Assembly (NCBI GenBank): GCA_965248265.1
Contig: CBDFJF010000002.1
Span: 2,176,001 to 2,240,000 of the forward strand
DNA from: Candidatus Latescibacterota bacterium
GTDB lineage: Bacteria > Latescibacterota > UBA2968 > UBA8231
DNA length: 64,000 bases
Reading direction: 5' to 3'
This document shows, in pieces, positions 26,252 to 35,986 of the stretch. The position numbers were made by a program, and so were the translations under genes. The notes below the pieces were generated by a model, which saw nothing but the letters and a program-made list of their open reading frames with translations, was not told the DNA's origin and searched no databases. The first letter of the stretch is position 1, and each line of letters opens with the position of its first letter.

Positions 26252-28393
26252 TCAGTCACCCAGCTCGAGCTGCACGTGCTGGATGTGGTCGTAACCCGGA
26301 GGCGCGCGAACCGGCTGGCGCTGACCCACCACCTCAACCCGCCCTCCCTCAGAGCTGAACCCGTATTCCCCGGCCTCCGGTAACACGAACCAGCTCGCCC
26401 CAGTCCGGTCTGCCTGCACCCCGAAGGGAGTGATCCCCTGCCCCTCGCGCGGCTCGACGAAAACCTGGGCACCCGCCACCGGCTCACCTCCCCGTGTCAC
26501 GTGCACCATCACCTCTGGCACCCGCGTCTCAGCCAGCGGACCCACATCTCTGCCCGCAATCCGTCGATACAGCTCGCGCGACCACTCCCATGTCGCCGTT
26601 CGCCGCGACATCTGCTCTTCCGGATCACACCAGTTGATATACAACACCGCCTTCCCCCATGCCTCCTGCGTCCCCTCCCCAAAAGGATCGATGCGCGCAT
26701 TCAGGCCCGACTGCGATGGCCAACTGATCTTCGGATGGACCGGCGCCATGAGGTTGCCCGGGTTCGAGTCCGTGAAGCCCCGAGTATCCTGGTCGATGAA
26801 GTAGAATGTTTGCAGCCCGTGGATCTTGCGTTCCGGCATGCTCTCCAGGAAGTCCAGCCAATCCTCCCCCTCCTTCATGGGTGGCGCTTCGTCATACCCC
26901 CAGGTCTTCTGCTCGAAGATGCCCGCCTCGCCCACGCGGATCGGCTTGACTGGCATCTCCGGATTCGAGCGGATAAAGTCAATCGTCTCCTCGATGTGCT
27001 CCCTGTCGCTGAACAGCCGGTAGCTGTCGATGAGCTCAACCAGCTCAGGTGAGGCACTCGTGTGATCGTAGGTAACCTCCCTGATGCGGGTCGAATCCAG
27101 CCCCTTCGCCCGCCGCAGCAGCGGCACGGCGAATCTCGGTTCCCGCGAATCGGTCACGTCCCAGAACAGGATGCTCGGATGGTTGCGATCTCGCCTGATC
27201 CAGGTCTCGCAGATTGCCAGGTCGTTCTCGAGCACGATCTCGAGATCCTCCCCCTCCAGCTCCTCGTCCACCATGCCAGTGGCGACACAGAAGTTCGACG
27301 ACACCACGAACACACCCAGCTCGTCCGCTACCTCGTAGAGCACCGGCGGCGGGTCGTGGCGATGGTTTTCGACGATGCTGACATTGCCGTCGGCCAGGTC
27401 CACGAGTTTGCGCATCAACCACTGCCGCTCGTGCACGTAGGGCAGAGAGTGATCACCCCACGGCAAAAGCGGCTGCCCGTTGAGCAGCAGCTCCTCCCCC
27501 TCCGTCCACACCTCCCTGAAACCAAAGCGCTCGACGCGCGTGTGTGCCAGTACAGAATCACCCTCATTCCGCAGCGCCCCCTGCAGGAAATACAATACGG
27601 GGTCCCCGTACGGGGGGCGCCCCCAGAGCACGGGATCCGCCCACGGCACGGAGACCCGCACCACCTGTTCCGATCCCGGTTCGAGCCTGAGTTCCTGGGA
27701 GGGCAGCTCGAGCTCGACCCCTCCTTCCCGGGTCACCACCAGGTCCAACACCGCCGAGGTTGTCGCCGGTGTCTCATTGCGCACCGTTGCTTCGACTGTC
27801 AGTGCTTTTTCCCGCACCGATGTCACCACGTAGAGATCCTCGATGCGCAGCCGCTTCTCCAGTAGCAGCCACACATCCCCCTCGATCCCGATGGTGCTCG
27901 AACCCATCTTCCACGTGTACGTATCGAGACCCGTCGCGACCAGTTCGCTGACCTCGTCAAGCTCGGGATGGACATAAGAGCCCGCGGAGTTGTGCGTGTA
28001 AATCAGCAGCTCGTATTCGCCACCCGCCTCCACCACCCCACGTAGTTGTACCTGCCACGGCGTCCGCATGCCGTGATGCTCACCGACGATGCGGTCGTCC
28101 AGGTACACCCGGCCGTAATGTCTCACTCGCGTCAGGTCGAGCAGCGGATCACTGCCGCGAAGATCCCAGTGTTCGGGCACCTGCAGGATTGTCCGGTACC
28201 AGCCCGATGCCGGCGCCTCGGGTTCGAATTCTCTGGATCGGTGCGGCACCCGCACCCGCTGCCAATCATGGTCACGGGCCGGTGGCGACCCATCGGGCCC
28301 CTCCGTGAACTGCCACTCGCCGTTGAGCAGCAGACGGCTGCTTCCTGCGGGGTGCTCCAGTGACAATCGTGCCAAAGCCTCGCTCCTTTTCAT
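26252..28393 (-). CDS. Glycoside hydrolase family 2-like protein
   Basis: LLNGEWQF, GWYR, GIEGDVWL, FGFREV, LLNGQP, ADELG, RDRNHPSILFW. Confidence 0.85.
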   Translation of the reverse strand: MKRSEALARLSLEHPAGSSRLLLNGEWQFTEGPDGSPPARDHDWQRVRVPHRSREFEPEAPASGWYRTILQVPEHWDLRGSDPLLDLTRVRHYGRVYLDDRIVGEHHGMRTPWQVQLRGVVEAGGEYELLIYTHNSAGSYVHPELDEVSELVATGLDTYTWKMGSSTIGIEGDVWLLLEKRLRIEDLYVVTSVREKALTVEATVRNETPATTSAVLDLVVTREGGVELELPSQELRLEPGSEQVVRVSVPWADPVLWGRPPYGDPVLYFLQGALRNEGDSVLAHTRVERFGFREVWTEGEELLLNGQPLLPWGDHSLPYVHERQWLMRKLVDLADGNVSIVENHRHDPPPVLYEVADELGVFVVSSNFCVATGMVDEELEGEDLEIVLENDLAICETWIRRDRNHPSILFWDVTDSREPRFAVPLLRRAKGLDSTRIREVTYDHTSASPELVELIDSYRLFSDREHIEETIDFIRSNPEMPVKPIRVGEAGIFEQKTWGYDEAPPMKEGEDWLDFLESMPERKIHGLQTFYFIDQDTRGFTDSNPGNLMAPVHPKISWPSQSGLNARIDPFGEGTQEAWGKAVLYINWCDPEEQMSRRTATWEWSRELYRRIAGRDVGPLAETRVPEVMVHVTRGGEPVAGAQVFVEPREGQGITPFGVQADRTGASWFVLPEAGEYGFSSEGGRVEVVGQRQPVRAPPGYDHIQHVQLELGD

Positions 28394-28531
28394 CGCGTCG
28401 GTTGGACTCAAGATAGAATCTTAGACTGATTGATTTTGCAGGGGTGGCAGCGCATCGCTGCTTTGCAGCATCAATTCTTGCGCTGTGCGGTTTGTCGGGA
28501 AGAATCCGGTAGTTCGAGCCTGCAGGTCGTG

Positions 28532-28652
28532 TCAGTTTCCCCGTTGCACCAACGAGACACTGTCGTGCACGAGGGCAGTACCGTACAGGAGCTCTGTACA
28601 CTGGAGCCCGCCTTCTCCATCGACAGGAGCGACGCAGGCTGTCCCCTCGAGA
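28532..28652 (-). pseudogene. 3' remnant of a heparinase II/III-family gene
   Basis: Clear nucleotide and protein similarity (LEGTACV...ELLYGTALVHDSVSLVQRGN) to the 3' end of 43111-45375; cut off by the IS end at 28653. Confidence 0.85.
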
Positions 28653-29003
28653 ATAGGTCAAATAAGGAGTATTATCGTTAGTCTATTTCGGTGGTGTTGT
28701 GTTGTTGAGGGGTATTCGAGGTGGTCTGACGGCCGAACGAGCAGGTGTCGGTCCCGAACTGGCGGGTGTGAGGGTCGATTGGTTGAGCAGGGGCGGCCGA
28801 TTGGCCGATGTCGGTAAATGCAAGGGCGGATTCGGGCGCAGGGCTTGCTCAGCGGACGCCAACGCCCGACTATCACCGCCCCTGTATCACACGGCGAATT
28901 CGGATTGAGGTGAGGGTCGTGCCGCTGCGATCGATGGAGGGCGGGCCGGCAGCCCTACCCCTTCCAGGTAGCGCCGGATCAAGTGCGGCTCGGTCAGGGC
29001 GAG
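28653..29003 (-). mobile_element. IS91-family remnant: transposase C-terminus plus 235-bp oriIS end (copy A1)
   Basis: Minus strand ALTEPHLIRRYLEGVGLPARPPSIAAARP...stop (28887-28889) matches the transposase tail at 54.9 kb; ends ...TTGACCTAT. Confidence 0.85.
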
Positions 29004-29123
29004 TGATTCTGCTTTCGGCTTCAAGTCGCAGAGGACATGCTGAGCGCAGGGATGTCACAAGCGCCGACTGGCCTTGAGAGGCCGTTGCGATGGCCTCTTC
29101 CCTTTCCGAAGATTCTGTCTATT

Positions 29124-29891
29124 ATGGACGACACTATGACAGAAGAAGAGAGATTCCTCTTCGACCTCGAGGGTTACCTGGTGGTGCCCGGTGTGCTCTC
29201 ATCGCAGGAAGTGACACAGCTGAACGAGCTCGCCGACGAAGCCTGGCCCGGAGAGCACGACGAAACAGGTTTGCGTCGCACGTCGAACGTGTCGCAGTGG
29301 GGACCCCGCTTCCGCGACCTCATCGACCATACCAACATCGTGCCGTATCTGATCGAGCTTCTGGGTCCCAAGTTCCGCATCGATCACGACTACTGCATGT
29401 TCATGCGCCGCGGAACCTCTCGCAGCCGCCTGCATGGAGGTCCCTCACCGCATAGCTACGAAGGCGACCACTGGTATCGCTTTCACCCCGACGGCACGAT
29501 CCGCAATGGTCTCACCGTCTTCACATACAATCTGAGCGACTGCGGTCCGGAGGATGGTGGCTTCGCCTGCGTACCAGGCAGCCACAAAACCAATCTGAGG
29601 TCGGGCATTCCGCAGGACGTGATCCGCTTCGAACGGGATGCTCACTATGTGCGGCAGCCTCCCGTCAAGGCGGGAGACGTCATCATCTTCACCGAAGCGT
29701 TGGTGCATGGCACGCTGGCCTGGGATGCCGACCACGAGCGCCGGGCTTTGCTGTACAAATACAGCCCCGGGCACTCATCCTGGAGCAGCACCTACTACGA
29801 TCCCGATGACTACCCGGGCGCCACGGAGCAGCAGATTCGCATCATGGCGGCGCCCTCAGTGGGGTCCCGGCCCGATTCAGTGCAGGTATGA
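29124..29891 (+). CDS. Phytanoyl-CoA dioxygenase (PhyH) family protein
   Basis: FLFDLEGYLV, LHGG, DGGFACVPGSHK, AGDVIIFTEALVHGT, RRALLYKY. Confidence 0.92.
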   Translation: MDDTMTEEERFLFDLEGYLVVPGVLSSQEVTQLNELADEAWPGEHDETGLRRTSNVSQWGPRFRDLIDHTNIVPYLIELLGPKFRIDHDYCMFMRRGTSRSRLHGGPSPHSYEGDHWYRFHPDGTIRNGLTVFTYNLSDCGPEDGGFACVPGSHKTNLRSGIPQDVIRFERDAHYVRQPPVKAGDVIIFTEALVHGTLAWDADHERRALLYKYSPGHSSWSSTYYDPDDYPGATEQQIRIMAAPSVGSRPDSVQV

Positions 29892-30085
29892 ATGGTAAGA
29901 CGAACTGTGACAGCGGCGAAATGGGACGCTGCAGTTGTGCCGTCTGTGTCATCGTACGAAAACCATCCTCCCTCGCCGAATCCTGAGATGACGGGGATCT
30001 GCGATCCCGCGGGCGAGATTGGCTGCGAGCAGCCGTCAGCAGTGCTCGTCGCTGGCCCCACGGATTGGGGGTAGGCTGTGCGGGG

Positions 30086-31255
30086 TTACGATGGGGTCGT
30101 TGCCAGGCGGCCCAGTCTGGCGTCTTCGGCGGCCAGCCATTCGTAGTAGGGCCGCGGCAGAGGCTCAGGCAAGCCCAGACCGGCTTCCTCCCGCCACCGC
30201 AGCAATGGGTTGCGGCGATCCTCCTGTGGCAGATCCACGCGGCAGCCGTACGCCCCCGATTCGAAAATGGCCATCAGGATCTCGATCACGTGCCGGGCCT
30301 CTTTGCCGCTGCACTCGTGCTCGCGATTCTGGTCCAGGGCCTGTACGTATTCGTCGGCAAAACAGTAGTCGGCTTCATCGGCTGCGCCGTCAGGGTCGTA
30401 TGTTTGCGCTGAGATCGGTTCGAGCGCCTGCCATTGACCGTCGCCTGTTGGTACGTCGTGCGGGACCGGAAGGTAATACGCGGCTCCGCTCTTCCAGAAC
30501 AACCTGCCTTCCGTGCCGTAGATCTCCAGACAGTAACCTGTGGAATCCACTTTGGGGAAACGGTGCTGTAGCAGCGTTCCGGTGACGTTCCCCTCGAACT
30601 CCAGTGACGCAGTCGCACGCTCTCCCGCCACGTACCCCATGCCGCTGGCGGCTGGAACCACGTCGTTCGGAGTGATACGGCGTCCGTCTGTGAGCACCGT
30701 CGACGAGACGCTGCGACAATGGCCGGCGACTCCGATAATGTTGTTGAGCATGTGGGTTCCGATGTTCCTCAGTCCGTAACCGGCGTAGTACCCCTTACCG
30801 CTACCGAGGAGATACCTGAGCTCGCCGATGCGCCCTTCATGTAGCGCTCGCTGCACGGCTCTGAAATGCCCGCCTGTCCTGCCCTGGTGATGGACGGCGA
30901 TTCGCACCCCTTGCGACTGCGCCCGTGCCAGTAGCTTGTCAGATTGCTCCAGATCGACGCACATCGGCTTTTCGACGTCGATGTGCACTTTGTGTTCGAG
31001 TACGCCCATGGCCAACTCGTAGTGAAACTCGGTCCCTGTCGGGATGGCGACGATGTCCGGCTTTGTCTGCTCGATCATCTCGTGGTAGTCGTTAAACCGC
31101 GCAGGTACACCGAATTCTTCCCCCATCGCATCGAGTCGTTCCTGGACCAGATCACAAAGGCCGACCAGCTCGGTGCGGAGGTGCTGATCGTATCCTCTGG
31201 CGGCAGCTGTCCCCCGTCCTCGACAACCCAGAATAGCCACACGATACATCTTCAC
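30086..31255 (-). CDS. Gfo/Idh/MocA family oxidoreductase
   Basis: VAILGCRGRG, KPDIV, VEKPM, IGTH, EIYGTEGR. Confidence 0.92.
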   Translation of the reverse strand: MKMYRVAILGCRGRGTAAARGYDQHLRTELVGLCDLVQERLDAMGEEFGVPARFNDYHEMIEQTKPDIVAIPTGTEFHYELAMGVLEHKVHIDVEKPMCVDLEQSDKLLARAQSQGVRIAVHHQGRTGGHFRAVQRALHEGRIGELRYLLGSGKGYYAGYGLRNIGTHMLNNIIGVAGHCRSVSSTVLTDGRRITPNDVVPAASGMGYVAGERATASLEFEGNVTGTLLQHRFPKVDSTGYCLEIYGTEGRLFWKSGAAYYLPVPHDVPTGDGQWQALEPISAQTYDPDGAADEADYCFADEYVQALDQNREHECSGKEARHVIEILMAIFESGAYGCRVDLPQEDRRNPLLRWREEAGLGLPEPLPRPYYEWLAAEDARLGRLATTPS

Positions 31256-31284
31256 TTATCAACTCCTTTGTTCGCATCAGTAGA

Positions 31285-31335
31285 ATAGTCGTCAACGAAG
31301 AGCTCGAGTCTGGATTCGATGTTTAGTGGTTGCAT
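31285..31335 (-). pseudogene. Tiny N-terminal remnant of a propeller glycosidase-like gene
   Basis: MQPLNIESRLELFVDDY resembles LDIDSRLQLFVDDY of the adjacent pseudogene. Confidence 0.55.
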
Positions 31336-31459
31336 TCGTCTTAGGGCTAAATGGTGGCGACAGAGGAAATCGTCGAGGAGACCGACAAGTATTACGACTG
31401 GCGCGGGCGGGGGATCTTGTGCAAGGACGTAATCAGCCCTATTCCTGTGGAATGCTGAC

Positions 31460-32061
31460 GTGCGCCAGAACCCCATAATGGCCCTTGCTGTGGCAGCGGA
31501 GAACGTCTTGGCAGAGCAGGCCAGCCGCGAGGGTTCCCTGGACATCGACTCCCGATTGCAGCTGTTCGTCGATGACTACCTGGTAGACGAGCTGCACGGG
31601 ACTCGACTCGTCCTCCACCACCCTCGTCCGGCAGGGGTGGCCCTGAGATTCGATCGGCCCTGGGAGGGTGCCTTCTGTGCCTACGTGACCGTGCTCCACG
31701 TCGGCGACATCTACCGCATGTACTACCGGGGACAGCCCAACGCCATGCCGGACGGAAGCTTTGGCGAGGTGACCTGTTACGCCGAGAGCCGTGACGGGAT
31801 CCACTGGGAGAAGCCCGATCTGGGGCTGTTCGAGGTCGCAGGGACGCGGAAAAACAACGTCGTTCTGGGCTCCGAGTATGCGCCCGTGCCCACAACTTCA
31901 TCGCGTTCGTGGACACTCGGCCCGGGATTCCTTCCTCCCAGAGATACAAGGGCCTGGGGGGCATGTTCCCCATATCCGAGGAGCAGCGCTTCAGCAACGG
32001 CCTCCTGGGCTTCACCTCCGCGGACGGGATCCGATGGAGGAAGATCCAGCAGGCACCGAGA
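31460..32061 (+). pseudogene. Frameshifted, 3'-truncated five-bladed-propeller glycosidase-like gene
   Basis: RLQLFVDDY, DRPWEG, YRMYYRG, YAESRDGIHW; frameshift near 31890 continues HNFIAFVDTRP...RYKGLGG...SADGIRW; ends at an oriIS-like end. Confidence 0.8.
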
Positions 32062-32135
32062 ATAGACAAATAAGTGGCGTTATGGTGAGTTTAGATCCGT
32101 CTGGGCCGTGGTGTCGAGCGCTTTTTGAACGGCGG
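32062..32135 (-). mobile_element. Diverged IS91-family oriIS end (copy A3)
   Basis: ATAG-ACAAATAAGTGGCGTTATGGTGAGTTTA aligns with ATAGGTCAAATAAGGAGTATTATCGTTAGTCTA of copies A1/A2; the downstream GTGGTGTCGAG is also shared. Confidence 0.6.
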
Positions 32136-32411
32136 AAGCCGGGTTTGAGGCCATCGACGGGCATTGAGAAGGAGAGGAATCCAGGGCTGAGCGTGTTTTT
32201 GTATCGGCCGCAGTTCTACTGCTGCGAAGACATGGACGGGGCACTCGAGCGGGCTCGCGCCGATGGCATCGAGCTCGACGAGGAGACGATCGAGCTCGCC
32301 TCGATGAAGGAAAAGGGGTAGCTGAAGGAGATCGTGAAAAAGTACACCGCGCCGATGCAGGGCCTTGGCTGAAGCCACGGACGGCTTATCTGTCGGCGCC
32401 TGAGCTCTCGC

Positions 32412-33497
32412 CTATCCGAGTCGCAGCGAGCGATCCTCCAATGGCAGATTGACCCGGACGTTTCCGCGGCGGTGGGATTCTCTCATGGCGATGGCGATCT
32501 CCAGCGCTTCGCGGCCGAACTCGCCGGGGCAGATGCGCTCCTTCCCGGCATCGATCGAGCGGCAGACTCCTTCGATGGCGTCGACCATGGAGCTGCGCGG
32601 ATGCCAGGGGTTGGGAAACTGGCGCTGCACCGACGCTCCCGTTTCAGGATCCGTCGTCCACAGCTCGAACTGCGCGTGAGCGTTGCGCGACACGATGCGG
32701 CCGACGTCGCCTATGAACTCATGCGTCCATTGGCGACCGCCGTCACTCTCGGATCGTGAGTTGAGAAAACCTCGGACGCCGTTTTCGTACACGATGTACC
32801 CGGAGCCGCACAGATCGCTCTCGGCGACCGCCTCTGCGTCGCTGTCCATGTGGCCGAAGACCCATTGGGCCGGAGCGTCGGCGAACAGTCGCATCAGAGA
32901 GAGCATGTGGCTGCCCATGTTTGACAGACCTGAGGCGCTGTGGCAGATCATCGAGCGCAACTCGCCGATGGTGCCGTCGGCGATGGCCTGACGGGCGTTC
33001 GTATACCAGCCGTACCAGTTCAGGTGGCAGGCCATGGCGAGAATGGTGTTGTGTCGACGGCAGGCGTCGATCATGGCGTCCGCCTCGGCCAGGGTGCGAC
33101 ACATCGGTTTGGTGGCGAAGATCGCTTTCACGCCTGACTCGGCCAGACCGACGACGACATCGGCCCGCTCCGCCGGCCGCGTGGTCACGGCGACGAGATC
33201 CGGCTTCTCCTTCTCGACCATCTCGCGGTAGTCGAGGTAGAGCGCCTCGACCTTCCAGCGGCGGCGGAAGTCATCGAGCTTGGCCTGGTCGATGTCGGCC
33301 GCGGCCACGAGCTCGGCGCCGCGCGCCTCGATGATGGCCGGCGCGTGGGCCCACGGCCACGGATAGTGGGCCATGCCGATGTGCTCGTCGTCAATGGTGC
33401 TGCCCATGCGGCCGCAGCCGACGACGGCGGCGCGGTAGATTTTTGACGGCCGCGTCTCCTCGATAATGCGAAACGCTTCGCCTCGGACTCGAGCCAT
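32412..33497 (-). CDS. Gfo/Idh/MocA family oxidoreductase
   Basis: AVVGCGRMG, EKPDLV, ATKPM, MGSH, ALEIAIAMRES. Confidence 0.92.
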   Translation of the reverse strand: MARVRGEAFRIIEETRPSKIYRAAVVGCGRMGSTIDDEHIGMAHYPWPWAHAPAIIEARGAELVAAADIDQAKLDDFRRRWKVEALYLDYREMVEKEKPDLVAVTTRPAERADVVVGLAESGVKAIFATKPMCRTLAEADAMIDACRRHNTILAMACHLNWYGWYTNARQAIADGTIGELRSMICHSASGLSNMGSHMLSLMRLFADAPAQWVFGHMDSDAEAVAESDLCGSGYIVYENGVRGFLNSRSESDGGRQWTHEFIGDVGRIVSRNAHAQFELWTTDPETGASVQRQFPNPWHPRSSMVDAIEGVCRSIDAGKERICPGEFGREALEIAIAMRESHRRGNVRVNLPLEDRSLRLG

Positions 33498-33523
33498 GAT
33501 TGCGGATTAGTCGAAAGACCGAC

Positions 33524-35161
33524 TCAAGCGCCGGCGACGTGCAGTTGGACGCCGTCCACGAGAATGGGCGTCTGCATCGACTCGTCCCGCCTGCTCAGCT
33601 TGAGCTCGAGCGTGTTCCCGCCGCGCCGGACCTGGGACGGGTCCAGTCCGCACTCCAGCCATCCACCTCCCTGCGCCGTCCTTGCGACGGACTGGACCTC
33701 CTCGAGGGGCCGGTTGTTCAAAGCCACATTCAGCTCGTCGCCGTCGGTGAGATCCCACAGGTGCAGACGGAATCGCAGCCTCTGCGGATCCGCCGACGAC
33801 AGATCGTCACCCACCTGGAACGACAGCTCGACCGGGCGCCCCGGCGTCAGCCCGACGTTTTCTGCGGTCTCGAACCGCCCGCGTTCGCCCGTGACCTCGT
33901 CTCCGAGAAACCGGTCGACCCCGAAGAGCTTCTCCTTGCCCGCCATCGTCTCGGGATCGCCGATCTCGAACCAGGTCTCGGGCACGCCGAGGCCCGGATT
34001 GAAAACGTAAACACCATCGGCACCGTCGTTGAAGACGTTCGTCGCCACCGCCCGCCACACCGCCGGCCGGCCCTCCCACTCGTTGAAGACGACGATGTAT
34101 GTGGGCTTGCCGAGGCGCTCTGGCTGGCCGCCGTAGAGCGTCTTGAGCCACGAACTGAAGGCCCTGTGCTCCCCAGCGCCCAGCGCCAGGTAGACCCACT
34201 GGCCCCAGAAGGCCCACTGCAGGCAGGGGTAGACCGGTACTTCGTGTCGGTGTCCGAAGTCGATGATATCGCGGAACGAGTCGCACATCGGTGAATCCTC
34301 GTTGCCGCCCGGCATCAGCTTATCGATCAGATTCTCGCCCAGCCAGGTCTCCAGGTCGACGCCGACGAACAGCGAGTCCTCGAGTGTGGCCGGCGTGTGT
34401 GCTGCCAGCAGCAGCGGCCGGCCTCTTCTGGCGCCGACCTCGTCGGCCATCCGGCGAATGCGGCGCACGAAGTCGTTCATCACTTCCACGTGCTCCTCGC
34501 TCACCGGCAGACCCTCGCGCGACTCGCGGAAGTACGGGTGGTACTTGAAAAATTCCATGGCGATGACGTCGACGTCGTAGTTCTCGGCCACTTCCTCGAT
34601 GACGGCGAAGTAGTGATCCCGCACCTCCTTGGCGCCGTAGTCGAGGCCCGACCACGCCTCGCCGGACTCGAAGTCATCCAGCTCGCCCATCATGCATTCG
34701 GGATGCTCGCGCTTGAACGGGGCGAGACCGTAGGAAGTCCAGCGTCTCGAACCCGGGGCGTAGGAGTCGTGGATGTCGTTCATGCGCAGCGACCAGCCGA
34801 ACTCCATGCCGTGCTCGCGGCTGAAGTCCTGCTGCACCTGCACCGTATCCTTGCCGTACTGGTCGATGAGCTCCTGCGGCATTCCCCTGCCGATGAAACC
34901 GCCCAGTTTCGTGTGGTGGGAGAACGTCAGACCCGCCATGCAGCTGCAGAACCAGTTGCTGTCCACCTGGGAGCCGATCAGCGGCGTGCTTCGCGCCTGC
35001 AGGAAGTCACCCATAAGCTCCCCGCTGGTGCGCACCGTCAGGCCCTCGGCGACGTCGTGTTCGCTCTCGGCGCCGTCACGCGCGTAGATGGCATCGTCGC
35101 CGTCGTTGTTGTAGATGATCCGCCGGCGTCTCCAGCGCGCTGCCCTTCGAGCTTCGTCCAC
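33524..35161 (-). CDS. Putative glycosyl hydrolase-like (GHL10-type TIM barrel) protein
   Basis: RRRIIYNNDGDD, SLRMNDIHD, LDYGAKEVR, YDVD, GADGVYVFN. Confidence 0.7.
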   Translation of the reverse strand: MDEARRAARWRRRRIIYNNDGDDAIYARDGAESEHDVAEGLTVRTSGELMGDFLQARSTPLIGSQVDSNWFCSCMAGLTFSHHTKLGGFIGRGMPQELIDQYGKDTVQVQQDFSREHGMEFGWSLRMNDIHDSYAPGSRRWTSYGLAPFKREHPECMMGELDDFESGEAWSGLDYGAKEVRDHYFAVIEEVAENYDVDVIAMEFFKYHPYFRESREGLPVSEEHVEVMNDFVRRIRRMADEVGARRGRPLLLAAHTPATLEDSLFVGVDLETWLGENLIDKLMPGGNEDSPMCDSFRDIIDFGHRHEVPVYPCLQWAFWGQWVYLALGAGEHRAFSSWLKTLYGGQPERLGKPTYIVVFNEWEGRPAVWRAVATNVFNDGADGVYVFNPGLGVPETWFEIGDPETMAGKEKLFGVDRFLGDEVTGERGRFETAENVGLTPGRPVELSFQVGDDLSSADPQRLRFRLHLWDLTDGDELNVALNNRPLEEVQSVARTAQGGGWLECGLDPSQVRRGGNTLELKLSRRDESMQTPILVDGVQLHVAGA

Positions 35162-35255
35162 GACTCAGCCTTTCTGCATTTCTATGCGTGGCGTGTCAAA
35201 ATCCGCCATGGTCAGTTCAAATCGCGCCAGTAGTGCTCGAGCTCGACGGCTGCCG

Positions 35256-35479
35256 TCACCAGTCCACGACGGCACCGTCGTCTCCGCTGTACGATTCCGG
35301 ATTTGCCCCGTTATCCTCATCGCCGTTCCGCAGTGCGTCGTCGAGATAGTCGTCGTCGAGCTCGACACCCAGCCCCGGTCCGGTCGGCAGTTTGAGGAAT
35401 CCGTCCTCCACTGCGAACGGTTCCTTCAACACGCCTTCCCCCGGCCGCAATACGCCGGCTCCTTCCTGGATCAGGGAGT
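35256..35479 (-). pseudogene. 3' remnant of an enolase-superfamily (galactonate dehydratase-like) gene
   Basis: SLIQE...EDGFLKLPTGPGLGVELD...DDGAVVDW; cut off by the IS end at 35480. Confidence 0.85.
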
Positions 35480-35714
35480 ATAGGTCAAATAAGGAGTATT
35501 ATCGTTAGTCTATTTCGGTGGTGTTGTGTTGTCGAGGGGTATTCGAGGTGGTCTGACGGCCGAACGAGCAGGTGTCGGTCCCGAACTGGCGGGTGTGAGG
35601 GTCGATTGGTTGAGCAGGGGCGGCCGATTGGCCGATGTCGGTAAATGCAAGGGCGGATTCGGGCGCAGGGCTTGCTCAGCGGACGCCAACGCCCGACTAT
35701 CACCGCCCCTGTAT
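35480..35714 (-). mobile_element. 235-bp IS91-family oriIS end without transposase (copy A2)
   Basis: Near-identical to 28653-28887 (one mismatch seen by eye); no target-site duplication. Confidence 0.88.
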
Positions 35715-35985
35715 GATTGGCACGGGAAGCTCCACGACGTCGTCTACGGCGCCTGCTCGTTCCCGCCCTCGTGCCGGGTCGATGACCCGCAGACACAGGA
35801 AGGCGCCATTCTCGCGCACGCCGTTGTTCTCAGGGGAGCAACAAATCGGCAGCTACGAGCGCTTCTGGGACGGGCGCGACGACGCCCGCAGGCTGGCGCC
35901 TCCGGGTGTATACCTGTATCAACTGACCACGAAGACCCACGAGCGCCGCTTCGTCGAGACCGGAGAGGTGCGCCTGGTTTACTGA
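35715..35985 (+). pseudogene. 3' remnant of an FlgD-domain protein gene
   Basis: LFSGEQQIGSYERFWDGRDD...PPGVYLYQL...RLVY-stop with no N-terminus. Confidence 0.75.
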
Positions 35986-35986
35986 C

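Noticed and set aside
29892-30074. 60-aa ORF ending PSAVLVAGPTDWG, vaguely like the PTAVE..SW tail
   Set aside because: Spacing does not match and there is no signal peptide; coding status is unsupported.
31425-31455. GTAATCAGCCCTATTCC as a possible seventh oriIS end (also GATAGG at about 51404)
   Set aside because: Match too short to distinguish from chance.
32200-32370. Coding-like fragment EDMDGALERARADGIELDEETIELASMKEKG*LKEIVKKY
   Set aside because: Probably a gene remnant, but I cannot identify the family, so it is not annotated.
28653-35714. 235-bp repeat considered as an ncRNA, CRISPR or TIR-type MITE
   Set aside because: No spacers, terminal inverted repeats or target duplication; copy A1 is contiguous with an IS91 transposase tail.
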